A DNA stretch of 64,000 bases, from contig JBDRCE010000031.1 of NCBI GenBank assembly GCA_043822005.1, forward strand, positions 2,513 through 66,512. The letters are read 5' to 3'. The stretch is from Pseudomonadota bacterium (GTDB lineage Bacteria > Pseudomonadota > Alphaproteobacteria > Rhizobiales > Rhizobiaceae). Both the position numbers and the translations under genes were made by a program. This document shows positions 32,705-42,380 of the stretch, piece after piece. The first letter of the stretch is position 1; each line of letters starts with the position of its first letter. Under the pieces are notes generated by a model. It worked only from the letters and a program-made list of their open reading frames with translations, searched no databases and was not told the origin of the DNA.

Positions 32705-35278
32705 ATGGTGATGGAAGCCTCCTCATCACTGCGCATGCTGGTTCGACACGCGCTGTTGGCGCTGGCGGCGACCGTTCTCCTTTCGCTATCGGCCGCGGCC
32801 CAGGACAGGACGCTGAAGGGCGTCGCGCTCGTCGTTGGCCAATCCGACTACGCCGCCCTGCCCCGGCTCGCCAATCCGGTGAACGACGCGCGCCTCATCT
32901 CGGGCCTGCTCGGCAATCTCGGCTTCGAGGTGACGACCGTGCTGGATGCCGACGGCACGAAGCTCTCCCGAGCGCTACGCCGCTTCGCCGAGGATGCGGA
33001 GGGTGCGGACGTGGCCCTGCTCTATTTCGCCGGGCATGGCGTCGAGGCGGGCGGCGAGAACTTCCTCGTGCCGGTCGACGCGCAGCCCAGCGAGCCGAAG
33101 AACCTCGCCTCCATTTCCCCGCTCCTCGCGGAGCTGCAGGCGGCCGTGCCGGTGACGATCCTGCTGCTCGACGCCTGCCGGACCAATCCCTTTCCGGCCG
33201 GAGCCAGGATCGCCGTCGACGGATCGGATCCAGTCGAGGTGTCGTCGGCAGGCTTGGGCGCACTCCGCGGAGTGGTGCCGATGAAGGCGGCAGGCGCCGT
33301 CGATCCGGAGACGCTTGGCGCCGTGATCGGCTTCGCCGCCGAGCCGGGCAAGGCGGCGCTAGACGGCGATGCCGGCTCCAGCCCCTACGCCGCAGCTCTG
33401 GCGAAACACCTTCCCGCATCGGGCTTCGCCTTCGGCGACGTGATGACGATGGTGACCGAGGAGGTCTATCTTGCCACCGCCGCGCGGCAACTGCCGTGGA
33501 CCAACGCAAGCCTGCGCCGGCAGCTCTATTTCGGCCTCGCGCCGGAGGAAAAGGCCGGCGACGAGGCCCTGATCCGCGGCGAGCGGCGCAAGCTGCTGCT
33601 CACCATCGCCGCGACGCCGCTCCAGACCCGGCAACTGGTCGAGCAGGTCGCAAACGCCAACGGCGTGCCGATGGACGCTCTCTTCGGCATGCTGGAGGTG
33701 CTGGGCGTCGATGTCAGGGCGCGCTCGGGCAACCTGGCCGAGCAGTTGAGCCAGGGCGCGGACCGTCTGCGCCAGATCCTCGCGGAGCGCGACGTCCAGA
33801 CGCGCCAGGATCCCGACATCGTGCGCCTCGCCTCGCTGGCCGACACCGCCGAAAGGGAAGGCGCGATCCGGTTGGCGCTGTCGTTCCGCGAACGCGCAAG
33901 CCAGCGCGCCAACCAGATCGATGCCTCGCTCGACGAGGCCGAGGCGAACATCGAAACGCGCCGGCGGGAACTGGCGACAACCTTCGAGAACCACGCCGAA
34001 ACCGCGATCCTGAACTTCGAGTTCGACTTGGCGGCTCGGCGCTATGCGGACGCGTTCGAGCAGATCGAACGCTACGACATCGGCAGGTCGTACGGATTCA
34101 AGGTGTCAGAGGCCGATGCCTGGGCGGATCATGGCGACCGCGTGGGCGACAACTCGGCGCTGCAGCAGAGCTTGGTGGCCTACAGGCACGCGTTTGGCAT
34201 CGGCCGCTCCGCCCCAAACCTGCGCCGTGACGCGGCCCTGCGCGGGAACATGGCGATCGTCCTCACCAAGCTAGGCGAGCGCACCGGCGCGGAACACTGG
34301 TTCGACGAGGCTATCGCCGAGTACGACGGCCTGCTCAAGCAACTGCCGCGCAGGACCCTGCCGATGGACTGGGCCTATACGCAGCTCAACATGGGCAACC
34401 TCTACCACCTCCTCGGGTCGCGGGATCGCGGTCCAGACTACATCAAGCGCGCGATCAAGTCCTATCGCGGCGCAGCCGAAATCATGACGCGCAAGGAAAT
34501 GCCCGAACAGTGGGCTGGACTGCAGATGAATATCGGCAATGCCGAATATTCGCTCGGCCAGCGCGGCGGCGACAAAGAGAACTACCGGCGCTCGGTGAAA
34601 GCGATCCGTTCGGCCATGGCGGTGTGGACGCGGGAGAATGCGCCATCGTTGTGGGCGAACGGCCAAGCCAACCTCGCCAGTTCGCTCAGTACTCTTGGCA
34701 AGGCGACCGGCAACAACGCCATGATGCGGGAAGCTCTGGACGCGTTTGCCGCAGCGGCTGAGGTTGCGACGTTTGAGCGCGAGCCCGTTACCTGGGCCGG
34801 TATCCAGCGCAACAGCGCGTCGGTCAACATCGACCTCGCAGCGCTCGAAAAGAAGCCTGAACTCTACCGCGACGCAATCGCGGCGCTGCGACAGTCGCGG
34901 CGGGTCTACACGCCGGAGTCCTACGTGTTTGCGTTCGCATCGACTTGGCATGAGGAAGGCCGCGCACTTCTCCAGCTCGGCAAGCTGGAAGACAGCATAC
35001 CTCTGCTGCGCGAGGCGGCGGCGGCGCTCGCAACAGCCCTCTCGCATCTGAGCCGAGACACGACCCCCATCGAGTGGGCGCGCGGCTTATCCGTCCAAGG
35101 CGAAATTCTCAAGGAGATCGGCATCCGCAGCATGGACAAGCAGGCGCTGCGCGACGCCCGCCAGGCATACGAAGACGCTCGCACGACATTCCGCGACAAT
35201 CGCATGGGCGAGACCGGCCAGGGCTTCTGGGAAAAGGAAATCGCCGCAATCGACGCGCAACTGGCCGCAAAGCCTTGA
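32705..35278 (+). CDS. Exported caspase-family (peptidase C14) protein with TPR-like array (paralogue of the upstream gene)
   Basis: Signal-like N-terminus ending LSAAAQD. YFAGHGVEAGGENFLVPVDA and TILLDACRTNPF dyad. TPR-like repeats (MDWAYTQLNMGNLY, EQWAGLQMNIGNAEY and others). Confidence 0.85.
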   Translation: MVMEASSSLRMLVRHALLALAATVLLSLSAAAQDRTLKGVALVVGQSDYAALPRLANPVNDARLISGLLGNLGFEVTTVLDADGTKLSRALRRFAEDAEGADVALLYFAGHGVEAGGENFLVPVDAQPSEPKNLASISPLLAELQAAVPVTILLLDACRTNPFPAGARIAVDGSDPVEVSSAGLGALRGVVPMKAAGAVDPETLGAVIGFAAEPGKAALDGDAGSSPYAAALAKHLPASGFAFGDVMTMVTEEVYLATAARQLPWTNASLRRQLYFGLAPEEKAGDEALIRGERRKLLLTIAATPLQTRQLVEQVANANGVPMDALFGMLEVLGVDVRARSGNLAEQLSQGADRLRQILAERDVQTRQDPDIVRLASLADTAEREGAIRLALSFRERASQRANQIDASLDEAEANIETRRRELATTFENHAETAILNFEFDLAARRYADAFEQIERYDIGRSYGFKVSEADAWADHGDRVGDNSALQQSLVAYRHAFGIGRSAPNLRRDAALRGNMAIVLTKLGERTGAEHWFDEAIAEYDGLLKQLPRRTLPMDWAYTQLNMGNLYHLLGSRDRGPDYIKRAIKSYRGAAEIMTRKEMPEQWAGLQMNIGNAEYSLGQRGGDKENYRRSVKAIRSAMAVWTRENAPSLWANGQANLASSLSTLGKATGNNAMMREALDAFAAAAEVATFEREPVTWAGIQRNSASVNIDLAALEKKPELYRDAIAALRQSRRVYTPESYVFAFASTWHEEGRALLQLGKLEDSIPLLREAAAALATALSHLSRDTTPIEWARGLSVQGEILKEIGIRSMDKQALRDARQAYEDARTTFRDNRMGETGQGFWEKEIAAIDAQLAAKP

Positions 35279-35427
35279 GTCTGCGCCGCTCAAGCGGCAC
35301 TCACGACAAGTTGTTCCCCTCGCGGCCTTTTCGTCGCGTGCCCAGCGATAAATTTCCGCCTCGTATGCGTTTGTAGTCGCGTCACGGCCGCAAGGGCAGC
35401 GCCGAACACCAACCGAGGAGGACCCCC

Positions 35428-36057
35428 ATGAAACGTCTGCTGATCGCTTCGGCTGCGCTTGCCGGAGCCATGCTCGTCCCCGCTCAGGCTCAGGACACGT
35501 CCATGAGCTTCTTCATCACCAGCGTCGGCGGCGGCAAGGGCGCCGACCTAGGCGGCCTCGACGGAGCCGACACGCATTGCGGACAACTCGCCGAGGCGGC
35601 CGGCGTGACCGGCAAGACCTGGCGCGCCTACCTGTCGACCGATCAGGTCAACGCCAGGGACCGCATCGGCTCCGGCCCGTGGTTCAACGCCAAGGGCGTG
35701 AGTATCGCGGACGACGTCGCCTCGCTGCACAGCGACGCCAACGGCATCAACAAGGAGACCGGCCTGACCGAAAAGGGCGAGGTCGTGAAGGGCCGCGGCG
35801 ACCAACCGAACGAGCATGATATCCTGACCGGCACCAAGGCCGACGGCACGGTGGACGGTACGAACACCTGCTCGAACTGGACGACCAGCGGCGCCGAGGG
35901 CGCAGCCATGCTCGGCCATCACGACCGCAAGGGGCCGGAGACGCTGCCGACCGCCTCGTCCTGGAATGCGGCGCATGCCTCGCGCGGCGGCTGCGGCCAG
36001 GACGCGCTGAAGGGCACCGGCGGCGCCGGCCTGTTCTACTGCTTCGCGGCGAATTGA
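35428..36057 (+). CDS. Secreted hypothetical protein (Cys-containing)
   Basis: MKRLLIASAALAGAMLVPAQA signal peptide. 209 aa. Good RBS (GAGGAG) upstream. Confidence 0.6.
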   Translation: MKRLLIASAALAGAMLVPAQAQDTSMSFFITSVGGGKGADLGGLDGADTHCGQLAEAAGVTGKTWRAYLSTDQVNARDRIGSGPWFNAKGVSIADDVASLHSDANGINKETGLTEKGEVVKGRGDQPNEHDILTGTKADGTVDGTNTCSNWTTSGAEGAAMLGHHDRKGPETLPTASSWNAAHASRGGCGQDALKGTGGAGLFYCFAAN

Positions 36058-36079
36058 GCGAAGCGACAGCGCAAAAGAC

Positions 36080-36721
36080 CTACGCTCCGCGCAAGGCGGA
36101 TCGCGGCGTCGGCGCGAGTCGAAGAACCTGCGAGGGAGCACGGCCGTCGACCGTTGCCCCGTCTACCGTCGGTACGCGGTCGAGTATGGCCACGACAACG
36201 CTGGCATCTTCGCGGATCGGCAGGCGCGGATAGGTGTTCGGCGACGGGTCGGTGACATAGACGGCGCGCGCGTCCGGGAATCTGCGCGCGACCGCCTCGG
36301 CGAAGCGGGCGCCGCTGTCCGGTGCCACGTCCCAGACCAGAATCGCGAGCGGCTTGGCTGCCGCATCCTTCTGGCCGGGCGGCGGACGATCAGCCGCATT
36401 CACCGCAAGATCGCGCCCCTCCCCGGCCGGCTTCAGCAGAAGCACGTCGTGCCATTCGGTCATCATCGGATTGGCGGCGGCACTGTGCTCGGCCCACACC
36501 GGGCCCGAATAGAAGGCATCGAGCGACGCTTTCCGCGCCTCCATGTTCGGGAAGCGGCGTATCCAGACGTAGCGGTCAGGCTTGTCAAGGTCAGTGAACT
36601 GGGCGACCACCTCGATGCCCAAGGCTTCCTGCGTCTCGACAAATTCGCGGTCGAAGAGATCCACGAAATCCTGCCGCCGGCCCGGCACCATCGTATACTG
36701 GCGTAGTTCTACAACCGTCAT
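36080..36721 (-). CDS. NIPSNAP family protein
   Basis: MTVVELRQYTMVPGRRQDFVDLFDREFVE...WIRRFPNMEARKASLDAFYSGPVW. Confidence 0.78.
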   Translation of the reverse strand: MTVVELRQYTMVPGRRQDFVDLFDREFVETQEALGIEVVAQFTDLDKPDRYVWIRRFPNMEARKASLDAFYSGPVWAEHSAAANPMMTEWHDVLLLKPAGEGRDLAVNAADRPPPGQKDAAAKPLAILVWDVAPDSGARFAEAVARRFPDARAVYVTDPSPNTYPRLPIREDASVVVAILDRVPTVDGATVDGRAPSQVLRLAPTPRSALRGA

Positions 36722-36849
36722 CGCGCGCTCCTCGTTGCTTCGAGATAACGCCATCCTGCTGACAACCTTCTGTCAGGAGGTGCCGTCGGGCCGCCCCTGG
36801 ATTCGTCGCCACCCTTCCCTTCGCGCGGGACTCCCCCCATATTCACGAC

Positions 36850-39843
36850 ATGGCGAAATCCCCCGACCGACATGCGGCGCGCAAGCGCGGCAGCACCATG
36901 ACCGATTTTCACGATGCGTCGGAGCCGCTGACACCGGGCGGGTTCGGCGAAGCGCCTCAGGCCGCGTTCGAGGGCGCGCCGCTGTCCGGCAACGTGTCGG
37001 ACTGGGTGCGCGAACTCGAAAAGGCAGCTGAGGTCGAATCGCGTAGATCGGAGACCCGTGCCATCCGCTCGGCCGCCGGCACGCACAGAGTGAAGGCCGA
37101 GCGTGGCGACGCTGGCGTTCCCCCGAAGCCCGGCAAGAAGATTCCCGAACGCTCCTCCGCGCCCACCCGCTCCGGGCGCGGCACATCGATGGGCGGTGCC
37201 GCGAGCGCCAAGGACCGCGCAGCCGCGGGCCTGAACCCCGTCGCCGGGCTCGATATCAACCTGGAGGACGTCGGCTCACTGGCCTCGTCCAGCGTCACCG
37301 CCACCGTCGCGGCGCTGTCCGCGCTGATCGAGAGCGGCAACCCGCTGCACAAGAACGGCGAGTTGTGGGTGCCGCACCGGCCTGCCCGTCCAGACAAGTC
37401 CGAGGGTGGCATCGCCATCCAGATGGAGTCGGACTTCGAGCCGGCGGGCGACCAGCCCACCGCGATCAAGGACCTCGTCGAGGGCGTCGCCAATGCCGAC
37501 CGCACCCAGGTCCTGCTCGGCGTCACCGGCTCGGGCAAGACCTTCACCATGGCCAAGGTGATCGAGGAGACGCAGCGTCCCGCCCTCATCCTGGCGCCGA
37601 ACAAGACGCTCGCCGCCCAGCTCTACGGCGAGTTCAAGAAGTTCTTCCCGAACAATGCGGTGGAGTATTTCGTCTCCTACTACGACTACTACCAGCCGGA
37701 AGCCTACGTCCCGCGCACCGATACGTTCATCGAGAAGGAATCCTCGATCAACGAGCAGATCGACCGCATGCGCCACTCGGCGACCCGCTCGCTGTTGGAG
37801 CGCGACGACGTCATCATCGTCGCGTCCGTCTCCTGCATCTACGGTATCGGCTCGGTCGAGACCTATACGGCGATGACGTTCCAGATGACGGTGGGCGACC
37901 GGCTCGACCAGCGCCAGCTACTAGCCGATCTCGTGGCGCAGCAGTACAAGCGCCAGGAAATCAATTTCACGCGCGGCTCGTTCCGGGTGCGCGGCGACAC
38001 GATCGAGCTGTTCCCGGCCCACCTCGAGGACCGCGCGTGGCGCATCTCGATGTTCGGCGACGAGATCGATTCCATCACCGAGTTCGATCCCCTGACCGGC
38101 CAGAAGACCGGCGACCTGAAATCGGTCAAGATCTACGCCAACTCGCACTACGTGACGCCGCGCCCGACGTTGAATCAGGCCATCAAGTCGATCAAGGAAG
38201 AATTGCAGGGACGCCTGCAAGAGCTTGAAAAGGCTGGACGACTGCTGGAGGCGCAGCGCCTGGAACAGCGCACGCGCTACGACCTCGAAATGCTCGAGGC
38301 GACAGGGTCATGCGCCGGAATCGAGAACTATTCGCGCTACCTGACCGGGCGCCGGCCGGGCGATCCGCCGCCGACGCTGTTCGAATACATCCCCGACAAT
38401 GCGCTCGTCTTCGTCGACGAAAGTCACGTGACGGTGCCGCAGATCGGCGGCATGTATCGCGGCGACTTCCGTCGCAAGGCGACACTGGCCGAATACGGCT
38501 TCCGCCTGCCGTCCTGCATGGACAACCGCCCGCTGCGCTTCGAGGAATGGGACGCGATGCGCCCGACCACGATCGCCGTCTCGGCGACGCCCGGCAACTG
38601 GGAGATGGAGCAGGCCGGCGGCGTCTTCGCCGAACAGGTCATCCGCCCCACCGGCCTGATCGACCCGCCGGTGGAGATCCGCCCGGCCAAAAGCCAGGTC
38701 GACGACGTGCTGGGCGAGATCCGCGAGACGGCCGCCAAGGGTTACCGCACGCTTTGCACCGTGCTGACCAAGCGCATGGCCGAAGACTTGACCGAATACC
38801 TGCACGAGCAGGGCGTGCGCGTCCGCTACATGCACTCCGACATCGACACGCTGGAGCGCATCGAGATCCTGCGCGACCTGCGGCTCGGCGCATTCGACTG
38901 CCTCGTCGGCATCAACCTGCTGCGCGAGGGCCTCGACATTCCCGAATGCGGCTTCGTCGCGATCCTCGATGCCGACAAGGAAGGGTTCCTGCGCTCGGAG
39001 ACGTCGCTGATCCAGACGATCGGCCGCGCCGCGCGCAATGTCGACGGCAAAGTCATCCTCTATGCCGACCAGATCACCGGCTCGATGGAGCGCGCGATGG
39101 CGGAAACGGAGCGCCGCCGCGAGAAGCAGCTCGCCTACAATGCCGAGCACGGCATCACGCCGGAATCGGTGAAGTCGCACATTTCCGACATTCTCGATTC
39201 GGTTTACGAGCGGGATCATGTCCGGGCCGAGCTTCCCTCCGGCGGCAGCGGCGGCGTCAACAACCTCGTCGGCAACAACCTCAAGGCCCATCTCGAATAT
39301 CTCGAAAAGGAGATGCGCAATTCCGCGACAGACCTCGACTTCGAACGCGCGGCCCGGCTGCGCGACGAAATCAAGCGGCTGCGCGAGGCCGAACTCGCCA
39401 TCGCCGACGATCCGCTGGCGCGCGACATCGCGGTCGAGAACACCCAGGCGTCGCGCAAGGACGCCGCGCGTGGCAAGCCGGGGGCCAGGGCCGCCTCGCT
39501 CTTCGCCAAGCCGGCGCTGGACGACATGGGGACCTCGGGCGACCATGCAACGCCCGCCGGCGCGGCGGGGCGTTCGATGTTCAGGAAACAGACCGCCGAC
39601 GAAGCGCACGGTTCCGACTATGGGACGCCGGGCGAAGACCCCGGCCTGTTCCGCAAGAATTCGCTCGACGAGATGACGGTGCGCCGCACCGAGAAGCCGG
39701 TCGAAGGGTCCAGGCCGGTCAAGCCCGCCGACGAAGCGAAGCCCGTCGTGCGCGGCAAGGTGGGTGCTGGTTCCTATGAGGATCCGGCAGACGCGCAACG
39801 CCAGAAGCGCCGCCCGGGCAAGACCGGCCGCCCCGGTCGGTAG
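36850..39843 (+). CDS. uvrB: Excinuclease ABC subunit B with long N- and C-terminal extensions
   Basis: [12 protein letters not shown] Walker A, helicase motifs, beta-hairpin region and UVR domain ([15 protein letters not shown]). 997 aa. Confidence 0.97.
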   Translation: MAKSPDRHAARKRGSTMTDFHDASEPLTPGGFGEAPQAAFEGAPLSGNVSDWVRELEKAAEVESRRSETRAIRSAAGTHRVKAERGDAGVPPKPGKKIPERSSAPTRSGRGTSMGGAASAKDRAAAGLNPVAGLDINLEDVGSLASSSVTATVAALSALIESGNPLHKNGELWVPHRPARPDKSEGGIAIQMESDFEPAGDQPTAIKDLVEGVANADRTQVLLGVTGSGKTFTMAKVIEETQRPALILAPNKTLAAQLYGEFKKFFPNNAVEYFVSYYDYYQPEAYVPRTDTFIEKESSINEQIDRMRHSATRSLLERDDVIIVASVSCIYGIGSVETYTAMTFQMTVGDRLDQRQLLADLVAQQYKRQEINFTRGSFRVRGDTIELFPAHLEDRAWRISMFGDEIDSITEFDPLTGQKTGDLKSVKIYANSHYVTPRPTLNQAIKSIKEELQGRLQELEKAGRLLEAQRLEQRTRYDLEMLEATGSCAGIENYSRYLTGRRPGDPPPTLFEYIPDNALVFVDESHVTVPQIGGMYRGDFRRKATLAEYGFRLPSCMDNRPLRFEEWDAMRPTTIAVSATPGNWEMEQAGGVFAEQVIRPTGLIDPPVEIRPAKSQVDDVLGEIRETAAKGYRTLCTVLTKRMAEDLTEYLHEQGVRVRYMHSDIDTLERIEILRDLRLGAFDCLVGINLLREGLDIPECGFVAILDADKEGFLRSETSLIQTIGRAARNVDGKVILYADQITGSMERAMAETERRREKQLAYNAEHGITPESVKSHISDILDSVYERDHVRAELPSGGSGGVNNLVGNNLKAHLEYLEKEMRNSATDLDFERAARLRDEIKRLREAELAIADDPLARDIAVENTQASRKDAARGKPGARAASLFAKPALDDMGTSGDHATPAGAAGRSMFRKQTADEAHGSDYGTPGEDPGLFRKNSLDEMTVRRTEKPVEGSRPVKPADEAKPVVRGKVGAGSYEDPADAQRQKRRPGKTGRPGR

Positions 39844-39897
39844 GGGCTGTCCCGCCTTCGTCTTCCAATAGAGCCAGCCCGCTGATACATTGAAACG

Positions 39898-40098
39898 ATG
39901 ACAAAGCTGCAGCAGATCGAGAAGTCAGTCGAAGCCTTGTCCGACGAGGAAATGAAGGCATTTGCCGCGTGGTTCGAAGAACTCCGTTGGCAGCGCTGGG
40001 ACCGCCAGATCGAGGAAGACGCGAAGGCCGGCAAGCTGGACAACCTGGCCGAGGAAGCGCTGGCCGACTTCCGGGCCGGTCGCACGACGCGTCTTTGA
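39898..40098 (+). CDS. Putative type II antitoxin (66 aa)
   Basis: Small acidic helical protein directly upstream of, and overlapping, a RelE/ParE-like ORF. Confidence 0.55.
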   Translation: MTKLQQIEKSVEALSDEEMKAFAAWFEELRWQRWDRQIEEDAKAGKLDNLAEEALADFRAGRTTRL

Positions 40099-40349
40099 AC
40101 CATCACGCGAACCCCAAATTCTGGGCGGCCTACGATCGTCTCCCGCGCGAGGTGCAGCAATTGGCGGATAAGAACTTCGATCTGTTGAAGTCCAATCCGC
40201 ATCATGCATCTCTTGGCTTCAAACGTGTCAATCGCTTCTGGTCGGCTCGCATCGGACTTTCGCATCGCGCGCTGGCGATCCGTGACGGCGACGACCTGAT
40301 CTGGTTCTGGATCGGCGAGCATGGCGAGTATGATCGCTTGATCCGCTGA
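40095..40349 (+). CDS. Putative RelE/ParE-superfamily toxin (84 aa)
   Basis: TTG at 40095 overlaps the antitoxin stop (TTTGA). ...LKSNPHHASLGFKRVNRFWSARIGLSHRALAIRDGDDLIWFWIGEHGEYDRL matches the RelE/ParE fold pattern. Confidence 0.55.
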   Translation: MNHHANPKFWAAYDRLPREVQQLADKNFDLLKSNPHHASLGFKRVNRFWSARIGLSHRALAIRDGDDLIWFWIGEHGEYDRLIR

Positions 40350-40391
40350 TACTCTCTGACCTGACGCCAACCCCGCAGCGGTGCTTTCGCC

Positions 40392-40991
40392 ATGGCCCCC
40401 TTTCACGTCGATCCCGCCAATATCCGCGAATTCGCGGATGCTGCTGCCTTCTACGCCTGGCTCGGCGAGAACCACGACCGCGCCGACGAAGTGTGGATCC
40501 GTATCTTCAAGGTTGCGTCGGGCATTCCATCGATCACGCCGAAGGAGGCCATCGACGTCTGTCTCTGCTGGGGGTGGATCGACGCGATCAAGAAGAGCCT
40601 GGACGAAAAGAGCTATCTCCAGCGTTACACGCCGCGTCGCGGCAAGAGCATCTGGAGCAAGATCAATGTCGACAATGTCGCCCGCCTCGTCGAAGAAAGC
40701 CGGATGACCGAACACGGGCTCAAGCACGTCGAGGCTGCCCGGGCCGACGGCCGCTGGGACCGCGCCTATGGCGGCTCCAAGGACATGACGATCCCGCCAG
40801 ACCTGCAGGCGGCGATCGAGGCCGAGCCCGAAGCCAAGGCGATGCTCGCAATGCTCTCCGCCCAGAACCGCTTTGCCTTGGCCTTCCGCCTGCACAACAT
40901 CAAGACCGACGCAGCCCGCCAGAAACGCGTCGCCGCGTTCGTCGACATGCTGAAGCGCGGCGAAACCATCTATCCGCAGGGCAAACGATGA
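40392..40991 (+). CDS. YdeI/OmpD-associated family protein
   Basis: FYAWLGENHDRADEVWIRIFK...CLCWGWIDAIKKSLDEKSYLQRYTPRR pattern. Confidence 0.78.
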   Translation: MAPFHVDPANIREFADAAAFYAWLGENHDRADEVWIRIFKVASGIPSITPKEAIDVCLCWGWIDAIKKSLDEKSYLQRYTPRRGKSIWSKINVDNVARLVEESRMTEHGLKHVEAARADGRWDRAYGGSKDMTIPPDLQAAIEAEPEAKAMLAMLSAQNRFALAFRLHNIKTDAARQKRVAAFVDMLKRGETIYPQGKR

Positions 40992-41599
40992 CAGGCCGAC
41001 ACGCGTCAGCGGCGCACAGCCTCGCCCTCGCCACCGGACTGGCGGTCCTGCCGCTCCCCGCGATAGCCGCCGACTGGAAAGCGACCGAGGTCACCAAGAC
41101 CTATGCCGTGCGGGGCTCGACCGGCCCGGAGCTCTATGCCTCGATCGGTGAGAGCGGCCCGAAGATCGGCCCGACGCGCACGATCGCCGTGACGAACTAC
41201 GACCTCAAATGGCGGCGCAACTACGTCCCGGATGGCACGTCGTGCCGGCTCGTCTCGGCAATCCCGTTTCTGACGATCACCTACACCTTGCCGAAGCCGT
41301 CCTCGAAGCTGCCAGCGTCGACCGAGACGCTGTGGAAGACCTTCAGCGACGGCATCCGCGCGCATGAGAAGGTGCACGGCGACTACGTGCGCCAGATGAC
41401 GCAGGATATCCTGGACACGACCGTCGGCATGGTGGCCGAGAACGATCCGGGCTGCCGCAAGATCAAGGAAGAGGTGAAGACGCCGATCCTCGACGCAGGC
41501 CTTGCCTACAAGGCGAAGAACCGCGCCTTCGAGGAGGCCGAGATGGCGAAGGGCGGAAACGTCCACCAGCTTATCCTGACGCTGGTCAACGGGAGGTGA
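40988..41599 (+). CDS. DUF922-like putative secreted Zn-peptidase
   Basis: ATGA overlap with the upstream stop. Signal peptide. IRAHEKVHGDY HExxH motif. Confidence 0.65.
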   Translation: MTGRHASAAHSLALATGLAVLPLPAIAADWKATEVTKTYAVRGSTGPELYASIGESGPKIGPTRTIAVTNYDLKWRRNYVPDGTSCRLVSAIPFLTITYTLPKPSSKLPASTETLWKTFSDGIRAHEKVHGDYVRQMTQDILDTTVGMVAENDPGCRKIKEEVKTPILDAGLAYKAKNRAFEEAEMAKGGNVHQLILTLVNGR

Positions 41600-41675
41600 C
41601 GGCGGTAGGAGATGCCCCCTCTCGCTCCCCATCGGAACCGGCCGCCATGACCCCCCAACTGCACTTGGCTTTTCG

Positions 41676-42362
41676 ATGATCCCCTGGGTGCATCTCGCCA
41701 CCGCCGCCGTGCCCGGCGGAGCCGGCGAACTTCGGCTGAAGCGCCGCGGCGCCGAGTTCTCGATCATGTCGGGAACGATCGAACTGATGAATTCGCGGCT
41801 CTCCGGCTCCGAGGAAGCGCTTGCCACCCTCGTGGCGCAGCGCCTGGCCGGGCGTAAGGCTCCTTCCGTCCTGATCGGCGGCCTCGGCATGGGCTTCACC
41901 TTGCGCGCCGCACTCTCAGCCTTTGGCCCGGAGGCGCGCATGACCGTCGCGGAACTCGTGCCGGAGGTCGCCGACTGGGCGCGTGGCCCGATGGCGGACC
42001 TGTCCGCCGGGTGCCTTGACGATCCGCGCGTGACGGTGGAGATCGCCGACGTCGCGGCCCTGATCCAACCGGAAACCGGCCGCGGTTCGGCGCCTCGCTG
42101 GGACGCCATCCTGCTCGATGTCGACAACGGCCCGGAAGGCCTCACCCGACGCGTCAACGACAGGCTCTACGACCACGCGGGGCTCGCCGCCGCGCGCGCG
42201 GCGCTGAAGCCGGGCGGTGTGCTGGCAGTCTGGTCGCAAGGGCCGGACCGCGCCTTCGCGAAACGCCTGCGCGACGCCGGGTTCGCGGTCGAGGAGGTCA
42301 CCGTCCGCGCGCATCGCGGAAAGAAGGGTGCGCGCCACATCATCTGGCTGGCGACGAGATAG
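41676..42362 (+). CDS. Spermidine-synthase-like SAM-dependent transferase family protein
   Basis: VLIGGLGMGFTL glycine-rich loop and DAILLDVDNGP motif. Confidence 0.65.
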   Translation: MIPWVHLATAAVPGGAGELRLKRRGAEFSIMSGTIELMNSRLSGSEEALATLVAQRLAGRKAPSVLIGGLGMGFTLRAALSAFGPEARMTVAELVPEVADWARGPMADLSAGCLDDPRVTVEIADVAALIQPETGRGSAPRWDAILLDVDNGPEGLTRRVNDRLYDHAGLAAARAALKPGGVLAVWSQGPDRAFAKRLRDAGFAVEEVTVRAHRGKKGARHIIWLATR

Positions 42363-42380
42363 TTCGAGCCTCGCCGAATC

